From assembly GCA_943788965.1 (NCBI GenBank), contig CALSSH010000001.1:339774-363773 (forward strand): DNA of 24,000 nucleotides. The letters are read 5' to 3'. The notes under the pieces are model-generated. The model was given only the letters and a program-made list of their open reading frames with translations. It ran no database searches and had not been told where the DNA came from. Each line of letters begins with the position of its first letter. Position 1 is the first letter of the stretch. This DNA is from an uncultured Pseudomonadales bacterium. GTDB lineage: Bacteria; Pseudomonadota; Gammaproteobacteria; Pseudomonadales; Balneatricaceae. This document shows positions 19,814-24,000 of this stretch, piece by piece. The translations under genes were made by a program, and so were the position numbers.

Positions 19814-22510
19814 ATGGGTAAGTCCCTCGTTATTGTAGAATCACCCGCTAAAGCCAAAACGATCAATAAATATCTTGGTGCAGACTTTATTGTAAAGTCG
19901 AGTGTTGGGCATATACGCGACTTACCCACTAAGTCCCCTCCAGGCAGCGCAGACCCAAAGGCACGAGCCCTAGAGGCTGCCAAAGTTCGTAAAATGGAGC
20001 CTGATGACAAAGTCATTTATAAACAAGCCAGAGGTCGACAGCAACTGGTCAGGCGCATGGGTATTGATCCTGAAAACGATTGGCGGGCTGATTATCAAAT
20101 TCTACCGGGCAAAGAAAAAGTAGTCGAAGAATTGCGTCGTTTGGCCAAAGATGCGGACACTATTTATCTAGCAACGGATTTAGATAGAGAAGGTGAGGCC
20201 ATCGCTTGGCATTTGCGTGAAGCCATTGGTGGCGATCAAAGTCGGTATCAGCGGGTTGTATTTAACGAGATTACTAAAACGGCGATTCAGGCGGCTTTTG
20301 CTGATCCTGGGAAATTAGATATGGATCACGTCAACGCCCAACAAGCGCGACGTTTTTTAGATCGAGTCGTGGGCTTTATGGTGTCCCCTTTGCTATGGGC
20401 TAAACTTGCCCGTGGCTTATCTGCGGGCAGAGTGCAATCGGTGGCGGTAAAACTAGTGGTGGAACGGGAGCGAGTGATACGCGCTTTTGTGCCTGATGAA
20501 TACTGGGAACTCAAAGCTGATGCCATCAGCAGCGATAATAAGCCCTTGATGCTGCAAGTGCATAAACAGCAAGGTAACGAATACAAACCGGTTAACCAAC
20601 AGCAAAGCGATGCTGCTGTGGCTTTGCTAGAAAAACAAACCTTTGTCGTGCAGCAGCGTCAGGACAAGGCGACATCAAGTAAGCCTTCAGCCCCCTATAT
20701 TACCTCGACCTTGCAACAAGCAGCCAGTACGCGCCTCGGTTTTGGGGTGAAAAAGACCATGATGTTGGCCCAAAGGCTTTATGAAGCAGGTTACATTACC
20801 TACATGCGCACCGACTCAACTAACTTGAGCAAAGATGCCGTGGGAAAATGCCGAGACTTTATCGTTAAGAATTATGGCAAGGAATACATCCCTGCAAATC
20901 CTATCACCTACTCCAGTAAAGACGGTGCACAAGAGGCCCACGAGGCCATACGCCCCTCGGAAGTGGCAATGAAAGCCACACAGTTAAGTAATATGGAGCG
21001 CGACTCAGAGCGCCTGTACGAGCTTATCTGGCGCCAATTTGTGGCATGCCAAATGTTACCTGCCCAATTCACCAGTACTACCATCGTGGTTGAAGCCGGT
21101 GACTTTAGTCTGCGCACCCGTGGCCGCATTATGCGCTTTGATGGTTATTCTAGAGTGCAGCCGAGTGTCAGCAAGAAAGATGAAGATTTAATCTTACCTG
21201 ATGTGAATCAAGGGGACCTACTTACCCTCAAACAGCTAACACCCAGCCAGCACTTTACCAAATCTGCGCCACGTTTCTCTGAGGCTAGCTTGGTTAAAGA
21301 GCTTGAGAAGCAGGGCATTGGCCGCCCATCGACCTATGCTAGTATCATTTCAACCATCCAGGACCGTGGTTATGTCATGGTTCAAAATCGCCGTTTCTAT
21401 GCAGAGAAAATGGGTGATATTGTGACGGACCGTTTACAAGAAAACTTTTCAGATTTGATGGACTACTCATTCACTGCCACCATGGAAGAGCGGTTAGACA
21501 GCGTGGCTCGTGGTGAAACGGAGTGGAAGCGCCTATTGAATGTGTTTTATAAGGCCTTTACCCGCAAATTGAGTATTGCTGAAGCAGAAGATGGTATGCG
21601 TGCAAACACGCCCACCTTAACTGATATAAAGTGTCCTAGTTGCAGTAAAGCAATGAATATTCGCACCGCATCGACTGGCGTATTTTTAGGCTGTTCAGGG
21701 TATGCTTTGCCACCCAAAGAACGCTGCAAAGAAACCATAAATTTGGTCTCAGGTGATGAAGTCGTGGCTGTGGATGCCGATGATGAAGCAGAATCACGAT
21801 TACTCATTAAAAAACATCGCTGTAAAATTTGTGATACTGCAATGGATGGCTATTTAATTGATGCAAAGCGTAAACTGCATGTGTGTGGTAACAATCCAGA
21901 TTGCAGCGGCTTTGAAATAGAAGCCGGAGAATACCGTATTAAAGGCTATGATGGCCCACTCATTCAGTGTGACAAATGTGAAGCAGACATGCACCTGAAA
22001 ACAGGGCGTTTTGGCAAATACTTTGATTGTTCCAATGGCGAATGTAAAAACACCCGCAAACTATTGCGCAGTGGTGAAGCAGCGCCGCCAAAAATGGACC
22101 CCATTCCGATGCCTGAATTGGCATGTGAAAAAGTGGATGATCATTATATTTTACGTGATGGTGCCGCAGGATTATTTTTGGCGGCCAGTAAGTTTCCTAA
22201 AAATCGTGAAACTCGAGCGCCATTAGTTGCTGAAATTCTTCCCTATAAGGCAGTGTTAGACCCCAAATATAGCTTTTTACTTTCAGCTCCAGTCAAGGAT
22301 CATTTAGGCAACCCTTCTATTGTTCGGTATAGTCGCAAAACCAAGGAGCAATATGTCATGTCTGAAGTTGACAAAAAAGCTTCTGGCTGGCGGGCAATGT
22401 ATGTGAGTGGTAAATGGATGGAAGAGGTACCAGCCAAAAAAGTGGCTGCTAAAAAAACGGCAAAAAAAGTCGTAAAGAAAGCACCTAAAAAAGTGGCAGC
22501 TAAAAAATAA
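19814..22510 (+). CDS. topA: DNA topoisomerase I with lysine-rich C-terminal tail
   Basis: The corrected start ATG 19814 gives [22 protein letters not shown]...VGHIRDLP, near-identical to E. coli TopA. The TOPRIM region [14 protein letters not shown] and the active-site region YITYMRTDS are present. There are three C4 zinc ribbons (CPSC...C..C, CKIC...CGNNPDC, CDKC...CSNGEC). The tail is [26 protein letters not shown]. Confidence 0.97.
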   Translation: MGKSLVIVESPAKAKTINKYLGADFIVKSSVGHIRDLPTKSPPGSADPKARALEAAKVRKMEPDDKVIYKQARGRQQLVRRMGIDPENDWRADYQILPGKEKVVEELRRLAKDADTIYLATDLDREGEAIAWHLREAIGGDQSRYQRVVFNEITKTAIQAAFADPGKLDMDHVNAQQARRFLDRVVGFMVSPLLWAKLARGLSAGRVQSVAVKLVVERERVIRAFVPDEYWELKADAISSDNKPLMLQVHKQQGNEYKPVNQQQSDAAVALLEKQTFVVQQRQDKATSSKPSAPYITSTLQQAASTRLGFGVKKTMMLAQRLYEAGYITYMRTDSTNLSKDAVGKCRDFIVKNYGKEYIPANPITYSSKDGAQEAHEAIRPSEVAMKATQLSNMERDSERLYELIWRQFVACQMLPAQFTSTTIVVEAGDFSLRTRGRIMRFDGYSRVQPSVSKKDEDLILPDVNQGDLLTLKQLTPSQHFTKSAPRFSEASLVKELEKQGIGRPSTYASIISTIQDRGYVMVQNRRFYAEKMGDIVTDRLQENFSDLMDYSFTATMEERLDSVARGETEWKRLLNVFYKAFTRKLSIAEAEDGMRANTPTLTDIKCPSCSKAMNIRTASTGVFLGCSGYALPPKERCKETINLVSGDEVVAVDADDEAESRLLIKKHRCKICDTAMDGYLIDAKRKLHVCGNNPDCSGFEIEAGEYRIKGYDGPLIQCDKCEADMHLKTGRFGKYFDCSNGECKNTRKLLRSGEAAPPKMDPIPMPELACEKVDDHYILRDGAAGLFLAASKFPKNRETRAPLVAEILPYKAVLDPKYSFLLSAPVKDHLGNPSIVRYSRKTKEQYVMSEVDKKASGWRAMYVSGKWMEEVPAKKVAAKKTAKKVVKKAPKKVAAKK

Positions 22511-22511
22511 C

Positions 22512-23039
22512 ATGGCTGTTCAAGACCCATGGTTAAAAGCCAGTCAGCATAGGCTGGCTTTTAGTAAGAGCTTATGGGATGACTTATTGGCAAACTATGG
22601 TGATATGGATGACCCCCAATACTGGCGCCAAAGGCCCCAGAGAATGGCCTATCAGTATGCCATTATTGATCATTTGTTAGCTGCTGCAAAACACTTGGCT
22701 CAAGCCATTCTGAAGCAGTTGGCTAATACCCGGTTTGATGATATTTCTAGACTCACCTGGATAGAGATTGAAAATCTGTTAGTCCAACAGGAGTTTCTAT
22801 CCCCAGAGGCGCAGCATATATTATTGTTGCTACAAAAGGGCGATTGGTCGGCTTGGGTTCAATTGCAGGGTGAATCTGATTTTAGCGTGATCACCAAGCC
22901 ACAAATACGAACTGATCAGCTCATTGCAAGCCACTCAGAAGACGATCTGAGCAACCCAGATCACTGGCCAGTGGCGAGTTGGCTCAAGGCCATGCAAACC
23001 TTGCAAACCTCCACTAGAGAGTCCATGGAGGAGTGCTAA
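22512..23039 (+). CDS. Hypothetical protein (175 aa), translationally coupled to topA
   Basis: ATG 22512 lies 1 nt after the topA TAA. The protein is Trp/Gln-rich and looks helical. I believe Pseudomonas also has a small conserved hypothetical immediately downstream of topA, but family membership was not verified. Confidence 0.65.
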   Translation: MAVQDPWLKASQHRLAFSKSLWDDLLANYGDMDDPQYWRQRPQRMAYQYAIIDHLLAAAKHLAQAILKQLANTRFDDISRLTWIEIENLLVQQEFLSPEAQHILLLLQKGDWSAWVQLQGESDFSVITKPQIRTDQLIASHSEDDLSNPDHWPVASWLKAMQTLQTSTRESMEEC

Positions 23040-23062
23040 TTGCGCACCCAGCCCATAGTTGA

Positions 23063-23764
23063 TTAAAGGTCTGACTTGAGCTGTTCTAAGACAGCCATTG
23101 TATCCGCATCTTTTTCTTTAATATTGATAGCCACGCGGTATTGAAAAAAGTTCACAAAGTCTGGGGACTCATCACAGGCCACTAAACAGTTGTCACCAAT
23201 GAGCACGGGCCGATGGCTGACCTGCTCATGGTCAATCATTTGCGCTTGGATACAGCCATCACTGTACAAACGCCAGCTAAATACTTCTGTCATTGAAAAG
23301 TTATCAAAGTTATCAGCGGTGAAGACCGCATGGCTGCCACAGGTGTCGGCTAACTCTTGCACCACAAATAACGTATCGTCCACTTCAAAATCAAAGTAAT
23401 CTGCTGCCGTAATTAACTCAATACATTTGTGGCCGGGAACTTGTGGGATAATTTGATCGAGTCCAGGGTCATAGTATCCCTGAAAAAAACCTTTACTAGG
23501 GCAGTTTAGATCAGTGCAAATAATGAGCTCATCAAACCAAGGAATCATGCCGACAAAAGCACCATTATCCAATAAAGCCCAGAATAAGATATTAACTGAA
23601 AATAATTCTTGTCCCACCTTTGGGTGGCCATGTTGATTGGAGTAAAGCACCTCAAAGCCATCTAGCTCTGGTGCTAGACGCACCACTTTTGGAAGATGTT
23701 GAGTTTGATATTCTTGGCCGCTAAAAAGGTCTATGACCTTGGCGGAGGGGGTAACAGTGGACAT
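23063..23764 (-). CDS. Hypothetical protein (233 aa), family not recognised
   Basis: A long ORF convergent with the topA unit. ATG 23764 has GAGGA 7 nt upstream; the track's first codon at 23767 is a GTG only 4 nt from the SD. There are no hydrophobic helices. A possible internal duplication is described in findings. Confidence 0.6.
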   Translation of the reverse strand: MSTVTPSAKVIDLFSGQEYQTQHLPKVVRLAPELDGFEVLYSNQHGHPKVGQELFSVNILFWALLDNGAFVGMIPWFDELIICTDLNCPSKGFFQGYYDPGLDQIIPQVPGHKCIELITAADYFDFEVDDTLFVVQELADTCGSHAVFTADNFDNFSMTEVFSWRLYSDGCIQAQMIDHEQVSHRPVLIGDNCLVACDESPDFVNFFQYRVAINIKEKDADTMAVLEQLKSDL

Positions 23765-24000
23765 CACAATATCCTCTAAGAAAACTGATTATGACGAAGA
23801 AAAGGGTACGACAATGTTTAGCTTAGGTGTGGAGAGTATAGGCAAAAATAACGGGTGTCTGCAAGTCATTGGCGTAAGTTTGGGTAAAATGCTAAATATA
23901 TGGCCCTTCTGCCAATCAATAGGTACAATGCTCAAGGTAATGAAAAGACTCATGTTTAACCATAAAGAGTGCCATTGTTCCCAACTCCCAGTTACTAAAC

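Noticed and set aside
22300-22530. Two overlapping minus-strand ORFs (76 and 69 aa) with Phe-rich, membrane-like sequences at the topA 3' end.
   Set aside because: The poly-Phe/Leu character is simply the reverse complement of the lysine (AAA/AAG) codons of the TopA tail. This is an artefact of the A-runs.
23940-24000. An open frame starting at ATG 23940 (MKRLMFNHKECHCSQLPVTK...) and running off the window end.
   Set aside because: Only 20 codons are visible, the AAGG is only 2 nt from the ATG, and no motif is recognisable. This is not enough to call a gene. It may be real, since the 230-nt region is otherwise unassigned.

Overview
This window reads as ordinary chromosomal core genome of a moderate-GC gammaproteobacterium. 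The rpsA, rmuC, uup and fadB-fadA-topA content, and the fadBA-topA-small-ORF order, look Pseudomonadales/Oceanospirillales-like, but the taxon cannot be fixed from sequence alone. I support 22 protein-coding genes. They are: a 5'-truncated Gfo/Idh/MocA oxidoreductase; a minus-strand DUF1800-DUF1501-SOUL trio; a membrane EAL phosphodiesterase followed by msrA; a monocistronic rpsA with its own promoter, SD-less leader and terminator; a tightly packed plus-strand string (acidic hypothetical, small membrane protein, rmuC, XRE-cupin regulator, DUF836 glutaredoxin-like protein); tatD preceded by an overlapping acidic helical hypothetical; uup (ABC-F); uspA; a membrane-anchored hypothetical; fadB-fadA; topA with a lysine-rich tail and a translationally coupled 175-aa ORF; and a convergent 233-aa hypothetical. 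Several track ORFs carry spurious N-terminal extensions, and I give corrected starts. I saw no rRNA, tRNA, CRISPR array, integrase, transposase, phage-like or obvious toxin-antitoxin genes and no long repeats, so I do not see a mobile or defence island. Nothing here is a compelling novel system. The best leads are: (i) the 190-aa protein at 12260-12832, which has a CheZ-like D-x3-Q helix and an acidic C-terminus ending in Phe; (ii) the coupled DUF1800/DUF1501 pair plus a secreted SOUL protein; (iii) the rmuC-centred gene string; (iv) recurrent convergent gene junctions with overlapping stop codons; and (v) a few operator-like repeats in intergenic regions. All functional ideas are inferences from motifs read by eye; no database search or computation was possible.
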